This document shows, one piece after another, positions 1 through 8,500 of a DNA stretch of 39,190 nt. The DNA comes from an uncultured bacterium (GTDB lineage: Bacteria > Patescibacteriota > Minisyncoccia > Phycocordibacterales > UBA9973). Location of the stretch: positions 1 to 39,190 of the forward strand of contig CAINWY010000125.1 of NCBI GenBank assembly GCA_903854645.1. Direction: 5' to 3'. The position numbers and the translations under genes were made by a program. Positions within the stretch are counted from its first letter, which is position 1. Every line of letters starts with the position of its first letter. The notes under the pieces are model-generated. The model was given only the letters and a program-made list of their open reading frames with translations, was not told the origin of the DNA and searched no databases.

Positions 1-759
1 GGTACATCTATTACAAGCCCTATACCAGAAACAATTTTAAATAATGATGATACTACGATCGATACGAGTGTAGATGCAATTAAAAAAGCCAATGATTTAT
101 TAGATAAAAGCGGATGGACACTAAAAGAAGATGGCACTAGATCTAAGGGTGGAACAACAACTGCAACTAAAACAAAAAAAGTAGGAAAGAAGACCATTAC
201 AGAACAAGTAAAGGTAACTAATGGGCCACTCATTCCATTGCAATTTTCTCTGACAACTGGAGACACACCAGAACTAAGATATTCAACAGAAATAATTAAA
301 ATCCAATTAGCAAAAATTGGTATCGCTGTAGATATTCAAAAAGTTTATGAAATGGGCCCATTAAATCAGGTAATTAAAAATCGTGAATATGAAGCCTTGT
401 TCTTTGGCCAAGTTATTAACCATGAATCAGACCTATATTCATTCTGGCACTCATCACAAAGAAAGGCCCCAGGATTAAACATTTCAATGTATAGCAATGC
501 CGCAGTTGATAAGATACTTGAAGATGCACAGAAAAATATGGACAAGGATAAAAGGAGTACCAAATATAAGCTTCTTATAGATGAATTTAACAAAGACATA
601 CCGGCTCTACTGATATATTCTCCAAAGTACATATATATAACATCAAACAAACTTAATAATTTTAACATTAACACATTAACAAATCCTTCCGATAGATTTG
701 CTCCCATATATCTATGGTACGCAAGTAAAGATCGTGTATGGAAAATTTTTACTAAATAA
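1..759 (+). CDS. ABC transporter substrate-binding protein, family 5 (peptide/nickel type), C-terminal fragment entering from upstream of the window
   Basis: Frame 1 is open from base 1 to the TAA at 757-759, so the TTG at 238 in the track is not a real start. The C-terminal part (FGQVINHESDLYSFWHSSQ..GLNISMYSN..VDKILEDA) resembles the C-lobe of OppA/DppA-type binding proteins. Confidence 0.6.
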   Translation, partial: GTSITSPIPETILNNDDTTIDTSVDAIKKANDLLDKSGWTLKEDGTRSKGGTTTATKTKKVGKKTITEQVKVTNGPLIPLQFSLTTGDTPELRYSTEIIKIQLAKIGIAVDIQKVYEMGPLNQVIKNREYEALFFGQVINHESDLYSFWHSSQRKAPGLNISMYSNAAVDKILEDAQKNMDKDKRSTKYKLLIDEFNKDIPALLIYSPKYIYITSNKLNNFNINTLTNPSDRFAPIYLWYASKDRVWKIFTK

Positions 760-801
760 TAACCTTATTGGTGTCTCGCCAATAATACAAAAAATAAATA
801 T

Positions 802-2802
802 ATGAATGATAAACCAAAAATACAATCTAATGATAGAAATAATAATTTTAGATATCGTAGACCGAATAGCATACGAGTAATTCACAAAGAAGGTGTTCCA
901 AAGATTGGAACAATATCTTCTGCTCCTGAAATACCACAAAGAAAAAATCCAAACGCAAATAGAAATACTAATCCTAATTCGACTCCAAATAAAATAAGTC
1001 GCGGTAGTTACCAGTATGGCAATACAAAAGGTGGAAGAAAGTCTTTTATTAAAACACCTCCTCCCCCAAAGGATACGAATACTTTTGTAAGAAAAAATAA
1101 GACAAATCTTATCCCACCTATTTTACCCGGAGTTATAAGAATAATTCCGTTAGGAGGAGTAGAAGAAATCGGTAAGAATATGACGGCAATAGAAATAGGT
1201 AATGATATCATAGTTATAGATGCTGGTATGCAATTCAAAACTGAGGACACTCCAGGTATAGACTATATAATACCAAATACCACCTATCTAGAAGAAAGAA
1301 AAGACAAAATAAGGGCTATGCTCGTAACGCATGGACACCTAGACCATATAGGAGGCATACCACTAGTTATGAGTAGAATTGGCAATCCACCTCTATACTC
1401 AAGAAATTTATCCATTCTTGTTATGAAGAAAAGGCAAGAAGAATTTCCTCATCTACCAGCCCTCAAAACAAACGTTGTGGAAAATGATTCTGTGATTTAT
1501 GTAGGAGACCTTCGTATACGTTTCTTTGGAGTTACTCATACAATGCCTGATTCTATGGGTATAGTTATAGAGACTCCTTATGGATCAATCGTTACTCCAG
1601 GTGACTACAAACTAGACCAAATAGACGGTGTTGTCAGTGATGAAGAAGAAAAAGAATATGCTTTCTTTGATAAAGAGAAAGTGCTCCTCCTATTAACAGA
1701 CTCAACAAATATCGAAAATGAGGGGTTTTCACTTCCTGAAATAAAAGTTCATGAGGGATTAGATAAAGTTATAAGACAAGGAACAGGACGTATAATCATT
1801 TCTGCTTTTGCTTCTTCTATTACTCGTCTTATGAAAATAGTTGAAATAGCCGAATCACTTGGAAAGAAAGTAATTCTTGATGGTAGATCTCTAAAGAATA
1901 ATATGGAAATATGTGAACAAGCAGGAATTTTCAAACCTAAAAAAGGTACTATTATAAATATTGAAGATATTGATAACTACCCACCGAACAAAATTCTTAT
2001 AATGATGACAGGTGCCCAAGGTGAAGAATTCGCAGCCCTCGGACGAGCAGCAAATAAAACACATAAAAAATTTACAATAAAACCAGGAGATACTATAATA
2101 CTCTCCTCTTCAATAGTCCCCGGAAATGAAATTGCGGTGCAGCACCTAAAAGACAATCTGACACGTCACGGGGTACGTCTTATAAGTTATAGAACTAGTG
2201 AGGAATACATTCATGCAACTGGTCACGGAAACCAAGAAGATATCAAGTGGCTTCACAGGAAGACACATCCTAAATTCTTTATTCCTATACACGGATGGCA
2301 CTCAATGTTAGTTAAACACAAAGAAGTTGCTATGTCTTTAGGTATGTCCATGGACAACATCATAGTGCCGGACAATGGTTCAATCATAGAGATAGTGGAC
2401 AATGGAAGTAAAATTATCCTACGCAAAGAGAAAGCTCCATCAAGCCCTATGATGGTAGATGGCTTCTCTATAGGAGACGAGCAGGATGTAGTTATACGTG
2501 ACCGCGTAATGCTCGCACAAGATGGTATGTTTGTTTTAATAGCTACCATTGACTCTGTTACAGGAAAACTTCGTAAGTCTCCAGACATAATTTCAAGAGG
2601 GTTTATATACCTAAAAGAGAATCAGGAACTACTTCACCAAGTAAGATTGATAATAAAGAAGACAATTGAAGATGGAAGTGTCGGGGTAAATGCTATGAAT
2701 TTTGATTCAATAAAAACTCAATTGGGAGATAATATTTCTAAATTTCTTTTCCAAAAAACAGCAAAGAGACCCCTTGTGATACCAGTATTATTAAATATTT
2801 AA
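802..2802 (+). CDS. rnj: Ribonuclease J (metallo-beta-lactamase / beta-CASP RNase) with a ~110-aa low-complexity N-terminal extension
   Basis: 666-aa ORF. The conserved core starts at IIPLGGVEEIGKNM (about residue 113). It has the HxHxDH motif LVTHGHLDHIGG, and its length and C-terminal domain are typical of RNase J. Confidence 0.9.
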   Translation: MNDKPKIQSNDRNNNFRYRRPNSIRVIHKEGVPKIGTISSAPEIPQRKNPNANRNTNPNSTPNKISRGSYQYGNTKGGRKSFIKTPPPPKDTNTFVRKNKTNLIPPILPGVIRIIPLGGVEEIGKNMTAIEIGNDIIVIDAGMQFKTEDTPGIDYIIPNTTYLEERKDKIRAMLVTHGHLDHIGGIPLVMSRIGNPPLYSRNLSILVMKKRQEEFPHLPALKTNVVENDSVIYVGDLRIRFFGVTHTMPDSMGIVIETPYGSIVTPGDYKLDQIDGVVSDEEEKEYAFFDKEKVLLLLTDSTNIENEGFSLPEIKVHEGLDKVIRQGTGRIIISAFASSITRLMKIVEIAESLGKKVILDGRSLKNNMEICEQAGIFKPKKGTIINIEDIDNYPPNKILIMMTGAQGEEFAALGRAANKTHKKFTIKPGDTIILSSSIVPGNEIAVQHLKDNLTRHGVRLISYRTSEEYIHATGHGNQEDIKWLHRKTHPKFFIPIHGWHSMLVKHKEVAMSLGMSMDNIIVPDNGSIIEIVDNGSKIILRKEKAPSSPMMVDGFSIGDEQDVVIRDRVMLAQDGMFVLIATIDSVTGKLRKSPDIISRGFIYLKENQELLHQVRLIIKKTIEDGSVGVNAMNFDSIKTQLGDNISKFLFQKTAKRPLVIPVLLNI

Positions 2803-2826
2803 AAAAATAAGAGATCCACAAATTAT

Positions 2827-4011
2827 ATGACCAAAATAACTCGAATGTATATTCTCTCTTTCTTGTTTAGTATTCATATAGCACTTTCTGCTTATATAAA
2901 TTCGACATTTTTACTCAAAATAATTTCTGTTAAATATGTTGGTATTCTTTATACAGTATCTTCACTTGTAACACTATTACTTCTTGCAAAAAGTGTAAAC
3001 TTACTTAAACATTTTGGAAATCGTAGATTTATATTAATATCCCTTTTGGTTAATATGTTATCCTTGGTTGGAATGATAACATCAAAAAATGTTTACATCA
3101 TAGGTGCATCATTTATAGCGTTAATAGCCACAAATACATTAGTTTATCTTTCTATAGATATCTTCATAGAGCATTTTGGTAATCCTGAAAGTATAGGTAA
3201 AACTCGTGGTATTTACCTAATGATAATCAATCTTGCGTGGATGCTCTGCCCTCTTGTAACATCATTCCTCATAACAAAGGAAGGTGGATATATCTCGATA
3301 TATATTATTTCTTTTATCGCTACTATAATAATGACAATTGCATTGGTTTTTTCAGTAAAAACATTTGAGGATAAGATATATACAAAAACTCCATTTTTGC
3401 AAACATATAGATATCTAAAAGAAAATCGACATATGCTAGCAATAACAATGATTAATTTTATTTTACAGTTTTTTTATGCATTAATGGTCGTATATACCCC
3501 TATCTATTTATTTGAACATATTGGTTTTGGTTGGGCTCAAATAGGAATTATATTTACTATAATGCTTGCTCCGTTTGTAATATTTGGTTTACCTATTGGA
3601 ATACTAATAGATAAGTATAATCTAAAAAAAAGGACATTGCTTTATATTGGTATAATTATTATGAGTGTTTCGACTTTTGTAATACCTTTTATAACTTCTA
3701 TAAGTGTCATACTTTGGGCATTTGTACTATTTATGACTCGTACAGGGGCGGCAATTGTAGAAGCTACCTCGGAAATTTATTTCTTTACTCACATTAAAGA
3801 GGAAGATACTTACCTACTAAGTGTATTTCGAGATATGGTGCCTATGGCTTACATAATCGCTCCATTAGTAGGGACACTCATATTTATGTTCTTACCTTTT
3901 AAATTTCTATTTATTATATTAGGAATTATAGTTCTATCGGGATTATATTATATTCCCCATTTAAAACATAACCATTTACCAATACAAAGTCCTAAAGTAG
4001 AACTGATTTAA
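2827..4011 (+). CDS. MFS-type transporter
   Basis: 394 aa and very hydrophobic, with about 12 predicted helices in a 6+6 arrangement separated by a charged central loop (KTFEDKIYTKTPFLQTYRYLKENRH). Confidence 0.7.
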   Translation: MTKITRMYILSFLFSIHIALSAYINSTFLLKIISVKYVGILYTVSSLVTLLLLAKSVNLLKHFGNRRFILISLLVNMLSLVGMITSKNVYIIGASFIALIATNTLVYLSIDIFIEHFGNPESIGKTRGIYLMIINLAWMLCPLVTSFLITKEGGYISIYIISFIATIIMTIALVFSVKTFEDKIYTKTPFLQTYRYLKENRHMLAITMINFILQFFYALMVVYTPIYLFEHIGFGWAQIGIIFTIMLAPFVIFGLPIGILIDKYNLKKRTLLYIGIIIMSVSTFVIPFITSISVILWAFVLFMTRTGAAIVEATSEIYFFTHIKEEDTYLLSVFRDMVPMAYIIAPLVGTLIFMFLPFKFLFIILGIIVLSGLYYIPHLKHNHLPIQSPKVELI

Positions 4012-4017
4012 AATAAT

Positions 4018-4725
4018 ATGGAATACCCAATGCGAATAAATAAATACCTAGCAATGCATAATTTTGCAACTAGAAAAGGAGCAGATGAACTTATTAAAAA
4101 AGGTTATGTTTTTATTAATGGAAGAAAGGCAGTTTTGGGAGATCAAGTATACAGAGAAGGTGAAGTAGAGGTAAGTGATAAAGTCCCAAAGAAAAATTAT
4201 GTATATTACGCATATAATAAAGCAGTAGATGTATCTACAAACCCAGATATAAATACAAAAGATATTTTACAAGTTACCAAGTTCCCTGAGACAGTCTTCC
4301 CTATCGGCAGACTCGATAAAGATTCACGTGGGCTTATACTGATGACAAACGATGGCAGAGTAACTGACAGACTGCTCGCTCCACAATATGTACACGAGAA
4401 AGAATACACAGTGAAAGTAGAACCAAACTTCTCAGATAAATTTATAGAACTTATGGCAAATGGTGTCCACTTTGATAAATTCATAAGCAAAAAGTGCAAA
4501 GTCTGGAAGACGACAAGCAAATCCAAAGATACTTTCAATATCATACTGACCGAGGGCAAGAAACGCCAAATAAGACGTATGTGTGAAGCTCTCCACCACA
4601 CTGTGGTTAATCTTAAAAGAATTCGTGTAATGAACATAGAACTTGGAAGATTGAATGAAGGTGAATACAGAGTTATAAATGGAGAAGAACTAGATACATT
4701 GCTAAAATCTCTACAGCTTCGATAA
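4018..4725 (+). CDS. rRNA pseudouridine synthase, RsuA/RluB/RluF family
   Basis: N-terminal S4-like segment (RINKYLA..RKGADELIKKGYVFINGRK) and the catalytic Asp motif PIGRLDKDSRGLILMTNDG. Confidence 0.85.
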   Translation: MEYPMRINKYLAMHNFATRKGADELIKKGYVFINGRKAVLGDQVYREGEVEVSDKVPKKNYVYYAYNKAVDVSTNPDINTKDILQVTKFPETVFPIGRLDKDSRGLILMTNDGRVTDRLLAPQYVHEKEYTVKVEPNFSDKFIELMANGVHFDKFISKKCKVWKTTSKSKDTFNIILTEGKKRQIRRMCEALHHTVVNLKRIRVMNIELGRLNEGEYRVINGEELDTLLKSLQLR

Positions 4726-4740
4726 ACAAATTACCAATAA

Positions 4741-4773
4741 AAAACACCGCGAGCTTCGCTTGCGGTGCTTTTC
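4741..4773. terminator. Bidirectional intrinsic terminator between the converging pseudouridine synthase and rpsR genes
   Basis: The hairpin CACCGCGAGC-TTC-GCTTGCGGTG (4745-4767, one G:U pair) is flanked by an A-run on the left and CTTTTC on the right. This gives a U-tract on both strands. Confidence 0.75.
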
Positions 4774-4776
4774 TAT

Positions 4777-4804
4777 CTAATTATTAATTCATAATTAATA
4801 ATTA
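4777..4804. repeat. Four phased heptamers NTAATTN (CTAATTA TTAATTC ATAATTA ATAATTA) at the rpsR 3' end
   Basis: Read directly from the sequence. It belongs to the same heptad family as the copies at 20834-20868 and 36792-36833. Confidence 0.45.
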
Positions 4805-5002
4805 TTTTGCTATGTATGGTAGTAATCCCATAAAACGCGAACGCTTGATAGCTATTGCTAGCTTGCGTTGGTTCTTGGACGTTACATCTGTACGACGGCG
4901 TGACTGCATACGAGCACTTGGAGTAAGGAATCTACGTAGTAGTTCTGTATCCTTGTAGTCAATATGTTTTATATTGTTTGATGAAAAGTAATCTTGTTTC
5001 AT
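4802..5002 (-). CDS. rpsR: 30S ribosomal protein S18
   Basis: 66 aa. The core DYKDTELLRRFLT..RRRTDVTSKNQRKLAIAIKRSRFMGLLPY matches S18, and the gene sits in the conserved rpsF-ssb-rpsR order. Confidence 0.9.
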   Translation of the reverse strand: MKQDYFSSNNIKHIDYKDTELLRRFLTPSARMQSRRRTDVTSKNQRKLAIAIKRSRFMGLLPYIAK

Positions 5003-5029
5003 TTTTCTATGTTGTTAAATTTGTAATTT

Positions 5030-5479
5030 TTAGAAAGGTATATCTTCTACATTTATCTGTTCTTCCGGATATTCTATAGTATCTATTTCTTCCTTTTTAG
5101 CTGCAGGTGCCCCACTTGGTGCAGATGAAGATGGACTTCCTCCACCAGTATTCTTTGCTCCAAATTGAACTGTGTCTGCGATGATTTCAGTACGATATTT
5201 TTTTGTATTTGTAGCTGCATCATCCCAACTTCTTGTCTCCATTCTACCTTCTACGAGTATCTGACTTCCCTTTTTCATATAAGTGGCGACATTTTCAGCC
5301 GTCTTTCCCCATACTACTATATTGTGATAATCAGTTTTCTCTTGGCGAACACCGTTTGAATCTTTGTAAGTACGATTTGTTGCTATACTAAATGAACAAA
5401 CTTTGTTCCCAGAAGCTATGGCTTTTAATTCTGGATCACGAGTTAAATTCCCTATGAGAATTGCTTTGTTTAGATACAT
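5030..5479 (-). CDS. ssb: Single-stranded DNA-binding protein
   Basis: OB-fold N-terminus (MYLNKAILIGNLTRDPELK..), a Gly/Ser/Pro/Ala-rich linker, and an acidic C-terminal tip ending DIPF. Confidence 0.9.
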   Translation of the reverse strand: MYLNKAILIGNLTRDPELKAIASGNKVCSFSIATNRTYKDSNGVRQEKTDYHNIVVWGKTAENVATYMKKGSQILVEGRMETRSWDDAATNTKKYRTEIIADTVQFGAKNTGGGSPSSSAPSGAPAAKKEEIDTIEYPEEQINVEDIPF

Positions 5480-5513
5480 ATATATTTAATAGTTTAAATT
5501 ATTAATATCTTAA

Positions 5514-6017
5514 TTATACCACAAGGGCTTCGATTTCTTTATCTATAGTCTCTTCATTGATTGGTAGAGAATCTTCGGCCTTAGGACTTGAACGGCGCTT
5601 GTAGCCATCCTTGTTGCCATATGGGCGCTTACTAGACATAGTACTCTCACGAACAGTCTTTATCATAAGATAACGCACTAATTTCTCATTCTTATCTAAT
5701 GCATCCTTGATAATTTTACCTGCATGGGTGCTACACTCAAACTTTACCCAACCAAAATAACCATAAGAAAACTTCTGCTTCTTATTTTGAATTGAACGAG
5801 ACATCTCGTATGCAAGCTCTAACATCTTTGGATATTCATCAGAAATAAAGGTTGCCCCCATATCTGCCAAACTATCCTTAAAACTTGAAACTTCTCCTCC
5901 AAGATTTTCCTCTGGAATCGAAGGAACCATAATATACCCAACTTCGTATATAGAAGACTTTGTATCTGTATCCAGAGACGGATCTGCTACAACTTCTTTT
6001 ATTTTTGCCATAAGCAT
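5514..6017 (-). CDS. rpsF: 30S ribosomal protein S6 with N- and C-terminal extensions
   Basis: It lies first in the rpsF-ssb-rpsR order. The S6-like core starts at IYEVGYIMVP, and the C-terminal tail is charged. An alternative ATG lies at 6011. Confidence 0.8.
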   Translation of the reverse strand: MLMAKIKEVVADPSLDTDTKSSIYEVGYIMVPSIPEENLGGEVSSFKDSLADMGATFISDEYPKMLELAYEMSRSIQNKKQKFSYGYFGWVKFECSTHAGKIIKDALDKNEKLVRYLMIKTVRESTMSSKRPYGNKDGYKRRSSPKAEDSLPINEETIDKEIEALVV

Positions 6018-6170
6018 AAACGATATTACTACTTTTATATAGTAAAAACGCTTTAATTATTACTTTTAATATTCCTTCGCCTACTGGCTCAGGACCTTCA
6101 GCCTCGCGACTTCCGGCATCCCATTATGGACCTGTGTGTACCGGTTATAAGACCGGGACAAATGAAATGT
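6018..6170 (-). promoter_or_regulatory. Structured GC-rich 5' leader of rpsF; candidate S6:S18-binding autoregulatory leader
   Basis: A ~100-nt island (6070-6165) is far more GC-rich than its surroundings. On the minus strand it contains the hairpin GUCCCGG-UCUUAUAA-CCGGUAC, paired CAGG/CCUG and GGCU/AGCC segments, and GGCGAAGG, which is identical to the 16S rRNA helix 23a segment (E. coli ..CCGGUGGCGAAGGCGG..) in the S6:S18 binding region. It lies between a predicted promoter and the rpsF start. Confidence 0.4.
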
Positions 6171-6176
6171 GTAGTT

Positions 6177-6205
6177 ATACTAACAAAGATTAGGCTAAAT
6201 GTCAA
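6177..6205 (-). promoter_or_regulatory. Sigma-70-type promoter for rpsF-ssb-rpsR
   Basis: Minus strand: -35 TTGACA (6200-6205, overlapping the tatD stop), a 17-nt spacer ending in TGT (extended -10), and -10 TAGTAT (6177-6182). Confidence 0.5.
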
Positions 6206-7055
6206 AAAGACGCTTTGCATTTAGAACTATCTGTTTTGCTACTTCCTCCTCATTTAAACACTTAATTTGAGCAATTTTAGCAACTATATCCTTAACATAT
6301 ACTGGTTCGTTTCGAAGCCCTCTATGGGGCACAGGCGCCACATAAGGACTATCCGTATCGGCAAGTATCATATCTATAGGAGTTTCTCTTATTACACTCT
6401 CATAGTCGCAAATTTCAGGTTTGGGCTTGTATGTTATAGGTCCTGCAAAAGATATATATATACCTATTTCTATAAACCTTTGCATATCTTCCACACTACC
6501 GGCAAAGAAATGGGAAACTCCCTTTGTCCCATAAATTTTGGAGTATTTTTTAATTAACTCATAAACATCAAAGTAAGCATTATTGATTTTATTATCTGGA
6601 TTATTGCGAACATGGAGCATAAGAGGCAAACCCAGTTCATTTGCAAGTTCTATCTGTCCCATGAATGCAACTTTTTGATTAGCAATCGTGTCATCGTTCA
6701 TATGATAATAATCAAGCCCACACTCACCAATACCTACTACCTTCCCCATTTTTGTCAATAATTTATATTTATCTTTATCAAAAATCTCTCCACGGGAAAC
6801 GAATTCTTTGCCTTCTTCTCCAAGTTCTGCTTCATCGTGATACGATGCATCTGTATGTATTGGATGAAGTCCTATCGTCGCATATACTCCCTCATAATCA
6901 TTCGTCATCTCTACTGCCTTCTTTGAAGTATCATACTGTGTACCAATATTTATAACCCAAGTATCATTGTCTAATGCACGAGAAATCACTTCATCTCGAT
7001 CTGCATCGAATGCCTTAAAGTTCACGTGTGAATGTATATCTATATATTTAGGCAT
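6195..7055 (-). CDS. tatD: TatD-family metal-dependent hydrolase (DNase)
   Basis: IDIHSHVNF, GLHPIH, GECGLDY, LHVRN and DTDSPY form the TatD metal-ligand pattern. Its start overlaps the metG stop (TAATG). Confidence 0.85.
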   Translation of the reverse strand: MPKYIDIHSHVNFKAFDADRDEVISRALDNDTWVINIGTQYDTSKKAVEMTNDYEGVYATIGLHPIHTDASYHDEAELGEEGKEFVSRGEIFDKDKYKLLTKMGKVVGIGECGLDYYHMNDDTIANQKVAFMGQIELANELGLPLMLHVRNNPDNKINNAYFDVYELIKKYSKIYGTKGVSHFFAGSVEDMQRFIEIGIYISFAGPITYKPKPEICDYESVIRETPIDMILADTDSPYVAPVPHRGLRNEPVYVKDIVAKIAQIKCLNEEEVAKQIVLNAKRLFDI

Positions 7056-8494
7056 TACTCTTTCCTTAAAAATAATGGATTTTCTGGCTTTTTGTTTTGC
7101 TTGATTAATTCTTGTATTTTTTCTGAAGTCTCTGGAAGCAGAGGAATTAACATTTGGGAAATCTCGTAAAGCATTAGAACGTTTTCTTTAATTAATTCTT
7201 TACCTTTATCAGGATCAACTTTTATTACTTTGAATGGCTCGGTCTCTTGTATCCTCTTGTCGAGTTCCCCTATTTTCTGCCAGACGAATTCTGTTGCTTT
7301 TTGAATATCAAAATTATCTAAATGATCAAAATATTCTAGAGGCATTTCTATTCCCTCTAAATCATATTTTCCATCAAGATATTTTTCTGACAATGTCAAA
7401 ACCCTAGAAGTGAGATTCCCTAATCCGTTTGCAAGACCTGAGTTATAAGCATCTTTGAATCGCTCTATAGTAAAAGGGCTATCTTCAAAGCTTCCTACTT
7501 CTCGAAGAAGAAAATATCGGAGCGCATCTGTTCCATACTCCTTCACTATATCTCTAGGGTCTACAGAATTACCTAGAGATTTTGACATTCTTATTCCACC
7601 ACTACCTGTTATGAATCCATTCACAATTATCTGGTGAGAATTTGGCAAATCTGCTGCAGCAAGCATTGCTTGCCACATTGCAGCCTGAAATCGAGTATTG
7701 TCCTTTCCGCAATACTGGGTTGGTGTACCATGCACCCAATACTTCTCAAAATTTTCATTATTGTTCGGCCAGCCAAGTGTAGATATATAATTTACAAGTG
7801 CATCAAACCATACATACATCACTTGCTCACTATCTCCTGGAACTTCGATACCCCATGGCATCTTTTCCTTTAGACGTGATATAGAAAAGTCCTGCAGGCC
7901 ACCCTTTACAAAATTCCTGACTTCGTTTAATCGAAAATCGGGTACAACAAAATCAAGATGTTCATCATAGAATTTCAAAAGCCTGTCTCCAAAAGAAGAA
8001 TACTTAAAAAAGTAATTCTCTTCATTTATGAGTTTTAACTCCATGCCAGGATGAAATGGGCAGGCACCATCTACAAGCTCGCTGTCTGTCTTCTCGCTTT
8101 CGCAGCCTATACAATACTTTGCTTCATATTGCTTCTTGTAAATATAACCATTATCCTTTACTCTCTTCCAGAATTCTTGAACTGCCTTTATGTGGCTCTC
8201 GTCTGTGGTACGAATAAAGTGAATATTATCAAGTATACCAAATATTCGAAGTTGCTCTTTGAATGTTTCAAAGCCTTGATCCACAAAATCCTGCACATCT
8301 AAACCTTTTTCTATCGCTTTATCATAAATTTTTATTCCATGTTCATCGGTTCCAGTATTAAAATAAACATCAAAATCTAAATGCTTTTTATATCTTGCTA
8401 TGGTATCTGCTCGGACAAATTCTAAAGCATGCCCCATATGAAGTGGTGCGTTTACATAAGGTAGAGTAGTAGTGAGATATAAAGTCTTGGACAT
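7055..8494 (-). CDS. metG: Methionine--tRNA ligase, short form
   Basis: HIGH-type motif LHMGHALE, KMSKS-type motif RMSKSLGN, and a Cys knuckle CIGCES..CPFH. At 479 aa it has no C-terminal tRNA-binding appendix. Confidence 0.9.
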   Translation of the reverse strand: MSKTLYLTTTLPYVNAPLHMGHALEFVRADTIARYKKHLDFDVYFNTGTDEHGIKIYDKAIEKGLDVQDFVDQGFETFKEQLRIFGILDNIHFIRTTDESHIKAVQEFWKRVKDNGYIYKKQYEAKYCIGCESEKTDSELVDGACPFHPGMELKLINEENYFFKYSSFGDRLLKFYDEHLDFVVPDFRLNEVRNFVKGGLQDFSISRLKEKMPWGIEVPGDSEQVMYVWFDALVNYISTLGWPNNNENFEKYWVHGTPTQYCGKDNTRFQAAMWQAMLAAADLPNSHQIIVNGFITGSGGIRMSKSLGNSVDPRDIVKEYGTDALRYFLLREVGSFEDSPFTIERFKDAYNSGLANGLGNLTSRVLTLSEKYLDGKYDLEGIEMPLEYFDHLDNFDIQKATEFVWQKIGELDKRIQETEPFKVIKVDPDKGKELIKENVLMLYEISQMLIPLLPETSEKIQELIKQNKKPENPLFLRKE

Positions 8495-8500
8495 AAATAA

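Noticed and set aside
765-785. The hairpin TTATTGG-TGTCTCG-CCAATAA after the binding-protein gene might be an intrinsic terminator.
   Set aside because: The 7-bp AT-rich stem has no downstream U-tract; it is followed by TACAAAAAATAAA. The support is too weak to call.
6070-6165. The GC-rich block might be an SRP (4.5S) RNA or a tRNA. The minus-strand hairpin CCGGU-CUUAUAA-ACCGG looks like an anticodon arm with anticodon UAU.
   Set aside because: - It lacks the SRP domain IV signature (GGUCC-GGAA-GGAAGCAGC type apex).
- It has no D-arm, no T-arm (GTTCGAATC-like) and no acceptor pairing around the anticodon-like hairpin.
- Its position between a promoter and rpsF fits a cis-acting leader better.
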